A stretch of DNA of 64,000 bases from Amphiscolops sp. MND2022 (Eukaryota). The stretch spans positions 74,340,001 to 74,404,000 of the forward strand of contig OZ076409.1 of assembly GCA_964187785.1 (NCBI GenBank), written 5' to 3'. Below, in pieces: positions 12,962 to 26,538 of the stretch. A model generated the notes under the pieces. The model had not been told where the DNA came from, searched no databases, and worked only from the letters and a program-made list of their open reading frames with translations. Made by a program: the position numbers and the translations under genes. Position 1 is the first letter of the stretch, and each line of letters begins with the position of its first letter.

Positions 12962-14241
12962 TGCCGGGATTTCTATTCGATAAAGTAAGTTGCGCGGTTG
13001 GGTAGGGCCCCGTGAGCGCGCCCGTGTCTGTGTTTTTTGAACCTGAATTTGCGGGTGCCAAAATAGACGATCTCCTAAACTATCCATACGATTTGGCTCA
13101 AATTTGGCATACGGGTTCCTGAGACAGATATAAGAACTAATTCCTACTGGCGTTTTGCCCGGAAAATTTTTTTTGTTGCGCAAACTTGAAATTTTTGACA
13201 AAAAAATGCGATTTTTTTTGAAAAATTTTTTTTTGAGAGGCCATATCTTTTTTCAGGGTGCCCGGAGCGGGACGCGTTAAACTGATTATAAACTCTACGG
13301 TTCATGGGCTGTACGGGAAACCTATTTTTGTTGGAATCCGACTTGTAGATTTTGAGATATATTATCAAATTTGGGTGTTTTTTTTCCAATTTTTCGAAAA
13401 ACCTGGTTTATCTCTGCCGTTTTTTGCCCAGATTTTTTTCTAGACCCTCTCCTAAAGGCCTCCCCTGGCCGGATTACGTCCCAGCAAAACCATTTGGCCC
13501 TAAATACGAAGTTTCAGCGTTCTAGCATTCTCGGGCGAAAAGTTGTGGGACTTAGAAATTTTTTTTTAAAACGCAAAATGTGTAAAGTCAACTTCAGGCC
13601 TCCCAAAGTCAAGGAACTTCCACACAACTAGGATTGCAAGTGGATGCATGTGGAAAGTGCTTGAACAGACGAGGAAAATGAGCTATTATAAAACTCTGTA
13701 GCTTAACCTGACGTTGACTTATGACAATTTTAGTGTGAGCTTGCTATGTGAGAAAAAATTTCAAAAATTGAAAATCGAAGCTAAGTCTCATCCAAAACTC
13801 ATCGGAATACGTTCAATCCATTCCAAAGCGGTTTACTTCCAGCTATAGACTGCAGCAACACTATTCAAGACCATTGTACCCCTTTATATTAGTTTTGACA
13901 TTGTATTATTCATCCGAGAGCACAAAGCAGTTGAGTACATTCCATCTCCCTTTCGGGGGAGATGAGAATGTACTCGCTAAAGAACAGGTACTACAGCCAA
14001 TTTTTGTATTTATGCGAAGCCATTCTATGCTATTGCACATAACAACTATGCTATTGACTTAATTTTGCCTACACTTTGCTATGACATATGCTAAACGTTT
14101 GGTCCTTACAACAACATACACATGACTAACGTCAACACCACATACTGTTACCAACGCCCACCGTCCGTGGGCATGCCGAGGCATGCCCTTCGACGACGTA
14201 TGCCAAATACCTTCCAGCGACGCTCGCGCTCCCCGGCTAGG
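12962..14241 (+). mobile_element. Short unit, subtype A (1280 bp)
   Basis: Near-identical to 178-1457. Confidence 0.8.
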
Positions 14242-15507
14242 TGCCGGGATTTCTATTCGTTCAGGGAAGATGCGCGCTGTTGGGGAGGGTCCCGGGCGCG
14301 CTCAGGGGTTATGGTTTTCCAGCTTTGGAGAACAGGGTATCGCGAGTACGATCTCGGAAACTATCCGTCAGAATTGGCTGAAATTTTGCATGTGGCTCCC
14401 AATGGACATTGTAAGAACAAATCCCTACTGGCGTTTTGCTGGGAAAAATCAAAATGTTGGTCAAAAATGCGATTTTCCGACGAAATTTTTGATTTTTTTT
14501 TCTTTGACAGTCTATATCTCGCCCCAGGGTCACGCTAGCTACCCTAAACCCTGCTAAATATAATTTGCAATCTGTCTCAGGAATGCGGTGTGAAATTTTC
14601 AGGTCAATCGGACTTAAACTCAGCGACTTAGAGCGATTTTTTAGGTGCATTTTTTGACATTTTTTGCATTTGCTGATTTATCTCTGCCGTTTTTTGCCCA
14701 TATTTTTTTCTAGACCTCCTCCTAAAGACCTCCCCTGGCCGGTTTACATCCCAGGAAAACCATTTGGCCCTAAATACGAAGTTTCAGCGTTCTAGCATCT
14801 CCGGGCGAAAAGTTGTGGGACTTAGAAAAATATTTTTGAAAACGCAAAATGTGTAAACTCAACTTCAGGCCTCCCAAAGTCAAGGAACTTCCACACAACT
14901 AGTATTGCAAGTGAATGCATGTGGAAAGTACTCGAATTGACGAGGAAAATGCGCTATATAACGTCTCTGTAGCTTAAACTGACGTTGACTTGTGGTGTGT
15001 TGAATGTGGGCTTCCTGGGGGGTCTGAAAAGCAAAAATTAAAAATGAAAACTAAGTCTTATTGAAAACTCACCGGATTCCGTGCAATCGACCCCAGAGCG
15101 TGCTCAATTGTAAATTCCTAATCTATCAACACCATTCAAGGTCTTTTGACTAATGTTGAAAAAATTGATACCGTATTATTCATCCGAGAGCACGAAACAG
15201 TTGAGTACATTCCATCTCCCTTTCAGGGGAGATGAGAATGTACTCGCTAAAGTCCAGGTACTACAGCCCATATTTGTTTTATGCTGCGCTCTTTATACTA
15301 GTGTGTACACGTATTACTCTTTTAACTGATTTTTTTGTCTGCACTTTGAGTTTGACGTGACATATACTGAAAGTTTTTGTTCTTAGAACATACACATGAC
15401 TTACGTCAACGCCCCATCCTTGCATCAACGCCCACCGTCCGTGGGCATGCCGAGGCATGCCCTTCGACGACGTGCACCAAGATATACCTGGAGCGCGTTA
15501 GCCTAGG
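14242..15507 (+). mobile_element. Short unit, D-related (1266 bp)
   Basis: Junction-bounded; all shared motifs present. Confidence 0.78.
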
Positions 15508-16781
15508 TGCCGGTGTATTTTTACACAATGGGGGATGTTGCGCGTGTGGGGAGGGTCCCTGACGCGCTTCCGTGGTTTCGGGTCTTCTAACCTATGATAG
15601 CGTGACACCTGACTTCGATCTCGTAAACTAGCCGTACGATTTGGCTGAAATTTGGCACACGTACCCCCCTCGGCACGGTGAAGATGATTTCCTACTGACG
15701 TTTTTCCCGCTAAACATTTTTTGTTGACCAAAATAACGGTTTTTGGGGTAAAATTTTCAACTTTTTTTAAATTTCATCTTATATCTCGCCACGGGTACAC
15801 GCTAGCGCTTCCAAACCTTGCTGACGAAACCTTGCAAACTGTCTCAGGAATGCTGTGTGAAATTTTCAGCTCAATCGGACCTAAACTCGGGGAGATATAG
15901 CGTTTTTCCGGAGCGGGGGGGTTTCATTTTTCTAACGGTCCAGCTTATCTTTGCCATTTTTTCAAAAATGCACTCGCCTAAAGGCCTCCCCTGGCCGGTT
16001 TTATTCCCAACAAAACCATTTGGCCCTAAATACGGAGTTTCAGCGTTCCAGCATTCCCGGGCGAAAAGTTGTGGGACTTAGAAAAGTTCAAAAATTTTCA
16101 AAAAAATTTTTTTCCGTTATTTGGGCCCTCAAAGTGGGGGAAAAGACCCCCAACCAGTAAAGCAAGTGAATGCATGTGGAAAGCCCTTGTTTAGACGAGA
16201 AAAATGCCGTTTAGAACGTCTTTTTATCTTAACTTGACATTGACTTTTGTCGTTTTGAAGGTGACCGTTAGATACGGAAAATTGATGTTTTGAGTATTTA
16301 TCCCATCTGAAAGCCATTGAGATACAACATGTTTTGCTCAAAACGTGTTTCATTGCAGTTTCGCTGTCCATTATCACCCTTTGGTGTCTTTTCACGTAAT
16401 TTTCGTTTCTATAATAACAATTTTTTTGTGTATTTATTCATTTTTTTCTCATCAAATAACTTGAAACAGTTGAGTACATTCCATCTCCCTTCCCGGGGGA
16501 GATGAGAATGTACTCGCTAAAGGTCAGGAACAACGGTCTATATCTTCCACAACACAGAAGGGATTGCAAATGGTTTCAGTTTGTCGCAGAAAACTTCTTT
16601 TTGCCCTCTGTGACTCGACAAAATTAACGTTTCTTACTTACTTTGAAACTCAGCATACCACAACTCATCTCTAACGTCAGCGCCCCCCTACTTGCATCAA
16701 CGCCCACCGTCCGTGGGCATGCCGAGGCATGCCCTTCGACGACGTATACCAAGATATACCTGGAGCGCGGTAGCAGCTAGG
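15508..16781 (+). mobile_element. Short unit, subtype B (1274 bp)
   Basis: Relative of 9131 with a different terminal tail. Confidence 0.78.
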
Positions 16782-18098
16782 TGCCCGGATTTCTATTCAT
16801 TAAAGTATGTTGCGCGTGTGGGTAGGGCCCCTGGCGCGCTCTTGTGTCCCTGTTCTCATAACTGCAATTTCCGGCAGCATTCTGAGCGATTTTCTAAACT
16901 ATCCATACGATTCGGCTGAAATTTGGCATGTGAGTTCCTATAACAGTTCTAAGAAACATTTCCTACTGGCGTTTTGCCCGGAAAATTTTTTTTGTTGACT
17001 TATAACGGTTTTTTTGGCCAAAAAATGCAATTTTTTCAAAAAATTTTTTTTTTCGGAGCCCATATCTTTTTTCAGGGTGCCCGGAGCGGGACGCGTTAAA
17101 CTGATTATAAACTCTACGGTTCATGGGCTTTACGGAGAACCTAGGCTCGTTTCGATCGGACAAATAGTCTTGGAGATATAACGGCATTTTTTGGGAATTT
17201 TTTGGAAATTTTTCTAACGGTCCAGCTTATCTTTGCCATTTTTTCGAAAATGTACTTGCCTAAAGGCCTCCCCTGGCCGGTTTTAATCCCAGCAAAACCA
17301 TTTGGCCCTAAATACGGAGTTTCAGCGTTCCAGCATTCCCGGGCGAAAAGTTGTGGGACTTAGAAAAATTTCAAAATTTTTCAAAAAATTTTTTTTCCGT
17401 TTTCCGCCCTCCCCCCCGAGGGGAAAAGACCCCCCAACCAGTAATTTGAGTGAATTCATGTGGAAAGGCCATGTTTAGAGAAGAAAAATGCCGTTTAGAT
17501 CGTCTTTTTATTTTAACCTGTCGTTGACTTATGTTGTTTTGAAGGTGATGTTTGGATGTGTGAAGCATGTGAAAAGGTAATTTATTGTGTCTTTAGCTCT
17601 TCTAAAAGTCATTGAGATACACGGTGTGTGACTCAGAACGTGTTTAATTCTAATTTAGCAATGCATCAACACTTTTTTGTGTCTTTTGACTCTGTTTTAA
17701 AAAATTTTTCCGACTAAAATCAAAAATTATTTATAATTATTGACATTTTTTTCTGATCTCATGACTCGAAACAGTTGAGTACATTCCATCTCCCTTCACG
17801 GGGGAGATGAGAATGTACTCTTTAGAGACCAGGTACTACAGTACTTACCTTCCCCGAGCAACGTCCCATAAAAATTGCGTTTTGATCCAGATATTTTGAC
17901 ATAATTCTATCTTTGTAATTTGACTGGAAATGAAGAAAATGCCGCACGTGCTCTTTTATATCAAGTATCTTAACAACGCCATCTCTTTTACGTCAACGCC
18001 CCATAGTTCACATCAACGCCCACCGTCCGTGGGCATGCCGAGGCATGCCCTTCGACGACGTATACCAAGATATACTCCCCAGCGCGGTAGCCGCTAGG
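16782..18098 (+). mobile_element. Short unit, subtype E (1317 bp)
   Basis: Junction-bounded; close copy at 20678. Confidence 0.78.
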
Positions 18099-19387
18099 TG
18101 CCGGGATTTCTATTCGATAAAGTATGTTGCGCGTGTGGGTAGGGCCCCTGGCGCGCTCTTGGGTATGGTGTTCACCAGCTAGGAAATAGGGGTCGATTTT
18201 TCGGGATCTCCTAAACTAGCCACACGATTTGGCTGAAATTTGGCACACGTACTCCCCTCGGCATGGTGAAGATGATTCCCTACTAGCGTTTTGCTCGCAA
18301 AATTTTTTTTGTTGTCCAAAATAACGGTTTTTGGTGGAAAATTTTGAACTTTTTTTAAATTTCATCTTATATCTCGCCACGGGTTTACGCTAGCGCTTCA
18401 AAACTTTGCTAAAGAAAGCTTGCAAACTGTCTCAGGAATGCGGTGTGAAATTTTCAGCACAATCGGACTTAAACTCAAGGAGATATAGCGTTTTTCCGGA
18501 GCGGGGGGGTTTCATTTTTCTAACGGTCCAGCTTATCTTAGCCATTTTTTCGAAAATGTACTCGCCTAAAGACCTCCCCTGGCCGGTTTTATTCCCAGCA
18601 AAACCATTTGGCCCTAAATACGGAGTTTCAGCGTTCCAGCATTCCCGGGCGAAAAGTTGTGGGACTTAGAAAAATTCAAAAATTTTCAAAAATTTTTTTT
18701 CGGTTTTCCGCCCTCCCCCCCGAGGGAAAAAGACCCCCCAACCAGTAATTTGAGTGAATTCATGTGGAAAGGCCATGTTTAGAGGAGAAAAATCCCGTTT
18801 AAATCGTCTTTTTATCTTTATTCAACGTTGACTTATGACGTTTTGAAGGTGATGTTTGGAAGGTGTGAAGCACGTGAAAAGTAAACGTTATGAGTATTTA
18901 TCTGATCTGAAAGCCATTGAGATGCAATCTGTTTTGCTCAAAACGTAATTCATATCCGTTTGGTAGTCAATCAACACCCTTTGTTGTCATTTGACATCTT
19001 TTTTTTTGTTGATATAAGAAAAAATTTTGTGTATTTATTCATTTTTTTCTCATCAAATAACTTGAAACAGTTGAGTACATTCCATCCCCCCTTCACGGGG
19101 GAGATGAGAATGTACTCGCAAAAAGCCCCAAACTACGGCCCTTACCTTCCTGAGCTACGCAGTATAAAGATTGCATATTGGTTCCGACATTTTGATAGAG
19201 TTATATCTTGGTAATCTGTCTGGATATGCAGAAAAACCAGCACGTGCTTTTTTATACCAAGTTGCTCACAACGACATTTATTTTATATCAACGCCCCCAT
19301 ATTTATCAACGCCCCCCGTCCGTGGGCATGCCGAGGCATGCCCTTCGACGACGTATACCAAGATATGTTCGAGCGCGTTAGCCTAGG
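18099..19387 (+). mobile_element. Short unit, subtype B (1289 bp)
   Basis: Junction-bounded; relatives at 26539 and 33070. Confidence 0.78.
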
Positions 19388-20677
19388 TGCCGGTGTCTTT
19401 TTACACAATGGGGGAAGTTGCGCGGTTGGGGAGGGTCCCTGACGCGCTTCCGTGAGATCAGGTTTTTCAACTAGTGAAATCGACAATGAAAATTGAGATC
19501 TCGTAAACTAGCCATACGATTTGGCTGAAATTTGGCACACGTACCCCCCTCGGCACGGTGAAGATGATTTCCTACTGACGTTTTTCCCGCTAAACATTTT
19601 TTGTTGACCAAAATAACGGTTTTTGGGGTAAAATTTTCAACTTTTTTTAAATTTCATCTTATATCTCGCCACGGGTACACGCTAGCGCTTCCAAACCTTG
19701 CTGACGAAAGTTTGCAAACTGTCTCAGGAATGCTGTGTGAAAATTTCAGCTCAATCGGACTTAAACTCGAGGAGATATAGCGTTTTTCCGGAGCGGGGGG
19801 GTTTCATTTTTCTAACGGTCCAGCTTATCTTTGCCATTTTTTCGAAAATGCACTCGCCTAAAGGCCTCCCCTGGCCGGTTTTATTCCCAGCAAAACCATT
19901 TGGCCCTAAATACGGAGTTTCAGCGTTCCAGCATTCTCGGGCGAAAAGTTGTGGGACTTAGAAAATTTCAAAAATTTTCAAAAATTTTTTTTTCGTTATT
20001 TGGGCCCCCAAAGTGGGGGAAAAGACCCCCCAACCAGTAAATCAAGTGAATGCATGTGGAAAGGCCATGTTTAGAGGAGAAAAATGCCGTTTAGAACGTC
20101 TTTTTATCTTGGCTCAACGTTGACTTATGACGTTTTGAAGGTGATGTTTGGCGGTGTAAAGCAAGTGAATAGTAAACGTTATGAGTATTTATCTGATCTG
20201 AAAGCCATTGAGATGCAATATGATTGCTCAAAACGTAATTCATTGCAGTTTGGCAATCAATCAACACCCTTTGTTGTCGTTTGACATACTTTTTTGTTGT
20301 TAAAATAAAAAATTTTGTGTATTTATTCATTTTTTTCTCATCAAATAACTTGGAACAGTTGAGTACATTCCATCCCCCCCTTCCGGGGGAGATGAGAATG
20401 TACTCGCAAAAAGCACCGAACTACGGCCCTTACCTTCCCGAGCTACGCAGTATAAGGATTACATATTGGTTCCGACATTTTCATAGAGTTATATCTTGGT
20501 AATCTGTCTGGATATGCCGAAAAATCAGCACGTGCCTTTTAATACCAAGTTGCTCACAACGACAATTATTTTATATCAACGCCCCCATATTTATCAACGC
20601 CCCCCGTCCGTGGGCATGCCGAGGCATGCCCTTCGACGACCCGCACCAAAATATGCGTTAGCGCGGTAGCCGCTAGG
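19388..20677 (+). mobile_element. Short unit, subtype B (1290 bp)
   Basis: Near-identical copy at 53213-54502. Confidence 0.78.
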
Positions 20678-21992
20678 TGCCGGGATTTCTATTCGTTCGA
20701 GTATGTGGCGCGTGTGGGTAGGGCCCCGTGGCGCGCTCTTGTGTCCCTGTTCTCATAACTGCAATTTCCGGCAGCATTCTGAGCGATTTTCTAAACTATC
20801 CATACGATTCGGCTGAAATTTGGCATGTGAGTTCCTATGACAGTTCTAAGAAACATTTCCTACTGGCGTTTTGCCCGGAAAATTTTTTTTGTTGACTTAT
20901 AACGGTTTTTTTGGCCAAAAAATGCAATTTTTTCAAAAAATTTTTTTTTCGGAGCCCATATCTTTTTTCAGGGTGCCCGGAGCGGGACGCGTTAAACTGA
21001 TTATAAACTCTACGGTTCATGGGCTTTACGGAGAACCTAGGCTCGTTTCGATCGGACAAATAGTCTTGGAGATATAACGGCATTTTTTGGGAATTTTTTG
21101 GAAATTTTTCTAACGGTCCAGCTTATCTTTGCCATTTTTTCGAAAATGTACTCGCCTAAAGGCCTCCCCTGGCCGGTTTTAATCCCAGCAAAACCATTTG
21201 GCCCTAAATACGGAGTTTCAGCGTTCCAGCATTCCCGGGCGAAAAGTTGTGGGACTTAGAAAAATTTCAAAATTTTTCAAAATTTTTTTTCCGTTTTCCG
21301 CCCTCCCCCCCGAGGGGAAAAGACCCCCCAACCAGTAATTTGAGTGAATTCATGTGGAAAGGCCATGTTTAGAGAAGAAAAATGCCGTTTAGATCGTCTT
21401 TTTATTTTAACCTGTCGTTGACTTATGTTGTTTTGAAGGTGATGTTTGGATGTGTGAAGCATGTGAAAAGGTAATTTATTGTGTCTTTAGCTCTTCTAAA
21501 AGTCATTGAGATACACGGTGTGTGACTCAGAACGTGTTTAATTCTAATTTAGCAATGCATCAACACTTTTTTGTGTCTTTTGACTCTGTTTTAAAAAATT
21601 TTTCCGACTAAAATCAAAAATTATTTATAATTATTCACATTTTTTTTCTGATCTCATGACTCGAAACAGTTGAGTACATTCCATCTCCCTTCACGGGGGA
21701 GATGAGAATGTACTCTTTAGAGACCAGGTACTACAGTACTTACCTTCCCCGAGCAACGCCCCATAAAAATTGCGTTTTGATCCAGATATTTTGACATAAT
21801 TTTATCTTTGTAATTTGACTGGAAATGAAGAAAATGCCGCACGTGCTCTTTTATATCAAGTATCTTAACAACGCCATCTCTTTTACGTCAACGCCCCATA
21901 GTTCACATCAACGCCCACCGTCCGTGGGCATGCCGAGGCATGCCCTTCGACGACGTATACCAAGATATACCCCGAGCGCGGTAGCCGCTAGG
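20678..21992 (+). mobile_element. Short unit, subtype E (1315 bp)
   Basis: Copy of 16782 with a variant head. Confidence 0.78.
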
Positions 21993-23275
21993 TGGCCGTG
22001 TCTTTTCGACGTGCTTTTGCATTGAGGAGTGGGTAGGGCCCCGCGACGACCTAGAAGAATTGGATGCTCACCGAAACGTGCAGAATTCTACGAGATCTCA
22101 TAGTTTGAGCCATACGATTTTTCTGAAATTTGGCATGTGGCCTGGAATTGGTGAGTAGGTAAAACGTGTAGAAGGTAATTTTTCCCAAATTCCACTGTGA
22201 GAGGAGATATGGGCAAATAACGGACCCAAAAATGGGGAAAATGCACATTTTTCAAGTTTGTCAGCCAATATCTCTTTTCCAGGTGCCCGTAGCGTTCCGC
22301 ACGTGGACATCAATATTGCTCAGCGCTGTTGGAGGAGTGCGTGGACAAATTTTGGTTTAAATCGGACTTAAACTTGACGAGAAATTAACGGTTTTTTGGG
22401 CGTTTCCGGGGTAAATTTTTTAACGGTCCAGCTTATCTTTGCCATTTTTTCGAAAATGTACATGCCTAAAGGCCTCCCCCTGGCCGAATATACTCCCAGC
22501 AAACCCATTTGGCCCTAAATACGGAGTTTCAGCGTTCCAGCATTCCGGGGCGGAAAGTTGTGGGACTTGGAAAAATTTCAAAATTTTTTCAAAATTTTTT
22601 TTTCCCGTTTTCCGGGCCCCCAATGAAGGGGAACGACCCCCCAACCAGTATTTTGAGTGAATTCATGTGGAACGCCCATGTTTGGAGGAGAAAAATGCCG
22701 TTTAGCACATCTTTTTTATCTTAACTTGACATTGACTTATTTCGTTTTGAATGTGATGTTAGGATATATGAAGCATGTTAAAAGTTGAAGTTTTGAGTCT
22801 TTATCTCATCGGAAAACCATTGAGATACAAGCAGTTTTGCTAAAAACGATTTTCATTGTAGGTTAGCAGAGTATTAGTACACTTTGATGTCATTTGAGTA
22901 TATTTTTCTTCTATATAATAACTGTTTTTATGTATTTATTCCAATTTATCTCATCTTTTAACATCAAGCAGTTGAGTACATTTCATCTCCCTTTCGGGGG
23001 AGATGAGAATGTACTCGCTAAAAACCTAATGCTATGGCGCCAATGTTTGGATGGGAAGTTTTCTATGCTTTGAAAAAAGTTATTTTTAATTACTTGATTT
23101 TTTAAAACAATAATTAACATGAAGTACATTACTTGCTCCTACTACTACCACCATACATCTCTAACGTCAACGCCCCCTGCTTGCATCAACGCCCCATCGT
23201 CCGTGGGCATGCCGAGGCATGCCCTTCGACGACGTATGCCAAATGCCCAGTGCCACGCAGTCTTTTCCCGCTAGG
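21993..23275 (+). mobile_element. Short unit, subtype F1 (1283 bp)
   Basis: Head tggccgtgtcttttcgacg; copy at 62054. Confidence 0.78.
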
Positions 23276-24543
23276 TGGCCGTGTCTTTTCGACGTGCTTT
23301 TGCATTGAGGAGTGGGTAGGGCCCCGCGACGACCTAGAAGAATTGGATGCTCACCGAAACGTGCAGAATTCTACGAGATCTCATAGTTTGAGCCATACGA
23401 TTTTTCTGAAATTTGGCATGTGGCCTGGAATTGGTGAGTAGGTAAAACGTGTAGGAGGTGATTTTTCCCAAATTCCACTGTGAGACGAGATATGGGCAAA
23501 TAACGGTCCCAAAAATGGCAAAAATGCACTTTTTTCAAGTTTGTCAGCCCATATCTCGTTCCCAGGTGCCCGGAGCGGGACGCGTTAAGCTGATTATAAA
23601 CTCTAGGGTGTTGAGGCTGTACGGGGAAGTCAGGCCCGTTCCGATCGGACTTGTAGTCTTGGAGAAATAACGGTATTTTTGGGGAACCTTTTCTAACGGT
23701 CCAGCTTATCTTTGCCATTTTTTCGAAAATGTACTCGCCTAAAGGCCTTCCCCTGGCCAAATTTACTCCCAGCAAAACCATTTGGCCCTAAATACGGAGT
23801 TTCAGCGTTCCAGCATTCCCGGGCGAAAAGTTGTGGGACTTGGAAAATTTTCAAAAATTTTCAAAAAATTTTTTTTTCGTTTTCCGGGCCCCCAATGAAG
23901 GGGAAACGACCCCCAACCAGTATTTTGAGTGAATTCATGTGGAAAGCCCTTGTTTAGACGAGAAAAATACCGTTTAGAACATCTTTTTATCTTGACTCAA
24001 CGTTGACTTATGACGTTTTGAATGTGATGTAAGGATGTAGGAGGCATGTGATAAGTTGATGTTTTGAGTCTTTATCTCATATGAAAGCGGTTGAGATGCA
24101 AGCTGTCCTGCTCAAAACGTCTTTCGTTGTAATTTTCCAGTGCACCAATACCCTTTGGTGTCATATAAACATACTTTTCGTCGATATATTAACAATTTTA
24201 ATGTATTTATTCCAATTTTTATTATCTTATAACTCAAAACAGTTGAGTACATTTCATCTCCCTTTCGGGGGAGATGAGAATGTACTCGCTAAAGACCTAG
24301 CGCCATGACCAAAAGTTTGAAACCCACGTTTTTTATCTTCTTACAGACTTGTTTTTGTATTTTTTCGGAATTTTTTAAAAATTAATATACTTGAAATACA
24401 TTACTTGACTTTACTACTACAATCCACCTCCAACGTCAACGCCCCCCTGCTTGCATCAACGCCCACCGTCCGTGGGCATGCCGAGGCATGCCCTTCGACG
24501 ACGTATGCCAAATGCCCAGTGCCACGCAGTCATTATCGCTAGG
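23276..24543 (+). mobile_element. Short unit, subtype F2 (1268 bp)
   Basis: Same head as F1, different body; copy at 60786. Confidence 0.78.
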
Positions 24544-26538
24544 TGCGGGGGGGTAACCCCAACTTTTTTCTTGGAGGAATCGGGTAGGGTCCTGATTCCG
24601 AGCTTAGTGCCGCCAGCTATCGTTAAAAACCCATACCTTTTAAACCCGATCTCGGGAACTAACCACGCCCCTTCTTTAATTTTTTGGCCCCCACTCACTT
24701 TTTGAGAGTAGATCGCCCCCCACTGGGTTCCAAGTTGGGCAAAAATGGAGGTCATGGGTAACGGGGACCGTTAAGGGGTAACTCAGGGGGTAAAATTTAT
24801 TTTTTGCGTCATATCTTTTCCCCCCGTGGATTTAGCGCTTCCGGTCAGCAGACAAAACCTCATGTACGTGATAAGGGGCCTCCGTAGGTCCAAACAAAAT
24901 TTTTCTATCATGCACCGTTACGGACTTGCCCCCCCGGCCCAACCGTTATTTTGCCGGAAATTGCCTTTTTTGACAGGGAAGGAGTCGTCTGAGCACGGAG
25001 TCGTTTGGTAATGTTTTGTAGTGCATCTGGAGACGTGTTGGGGGACATGTAGTTTGCCGACCCCAGTTTACCCCTCGGACGGGAAATGACCGTTATGTGA
25101 GTTTTAAAAATGCCCCCCTTCAATTTTCCCCGCAATTTCCGGTGTGAAGGAGTGGGAGTAGGGTGTCGGGTGCCATATATCAAAAGTAGGTTTAGACAAG
25201 GACCAACCGGAAACATGTGGTTTCGGACCCCCTGACCCAACCCGTTAGCCGCTATTAGGGTGATCGCCTCCTTTTTTTGCTGTTAAAACCGGAAAACGGG
25301 CATTGAGGGGTAAATATCTCGTGAACGCGTGGAGCAATCGTGTCCATCACTACTACAAGGTTTCATACCCATGATACGGTGCCTTCAGGGGGGCAAACAG
25401 ATTACCGCTATCTATCACCGTTACCGACTTGGCCCCCCAGCCTAACCGCTATGTGACCGGAAATTGCACTTTTTGAGCCCAAAGGGTCGATCCTAGCCGG
25501 GCAACGTTAGGTAACTTATTGTAGTACTCATTGAGACGAGTTGGGGGATCTAGTTTCAGTCACCCCCCGTTACCCCTTGAGACCGGAAATGACCGTTATG
25601 TGAGTAGAATTGCAATTTTTATACCTTTTGAAGGGCATTTAGGTGCGGAAGGAATGGTAATAGGTGCTTGGACACTATATGATGTAATGGAGGTCGTGAG
25701 GAGAGCATTCGGAAGTAACCGTTACGTTGACCCCAAAGTCCCCCTGGTACCGTTAACAACCGGAAATGGCCAGATTTTGTGTTTGTGGGGTACAAATGTT
25801 TGGTATTTTATAGATAAAAGTACCTGGAAGGTGTTTTAAAGGCCTCCAGAAGCGAACATAGTCATGAAACTTTGTGGGGGGTAACGGTATATAGCACCGG
25901 AAGTCCAAACCGTTAGTTACTGAATAGGTTTTTTGGTTTCAAAATGTCTTTAGGCGTAGTTTTGTGGGTTGAATCGTCATAATATCAACTAATACGGACT
26001 TTTTTCGGAAATAAAATTTTTTCACATTAGTTTCAGGGACCTCCAATGTTTCAGTCAACATAACCGTTACATTTTGATAGCCTTTCAAGTTGGCCTGGTG
26101 TCAACTTGGAAGGGCTATCCTTCTAAAATCGTTAATCAAGAGTGTTTTTGGGTAGGTATATGTTGCATTAGTACCAATTAGAGCTTCATCAACAGTTTGC
26201 CAACGGCAAAAACGATGTCGTGATAATTCCGTTATAAGAATATTAATTAACAAATTGTTTCTAAAGTTGATTTTTTCCATTCGAAATGTGTCCTAATGCG
26301 ACCAAATTGAATAAAATAATAAATGGTATTGACTAAAACTAAATAACAATGAAAAAGAAGATCAACATTTTTATTAGGTCTCATTATGGAAGCTGAAACC
26401 TCACGTTTTAACTTGATTAACGTCAACGCCACATACTTTACATCAACGCCCACCGTCTGTGGGCATGCCGAGGCATGCCCTTCGACGACGTATACCAAAC
26501 AACCTCCATATCTACACCCAATTGCGGTAGCAGCTAGG
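24544..26538 (+). mobile_element. Long unit (1995 bp)
   Basis: Same junctions, head loop and right-end block as short units but a different interior; relative at 51218. Confidence 0.8.
26076..26119. other. Internal ~44-nt imperfect hairpin of long units (representative copy)
   Basis: GATAGCC-TTTC-AAGTTG-GCCTGGTGT-CAACTT-GGAAG-GGCTATC; present in all 8 long units. Confidence 0.9.
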
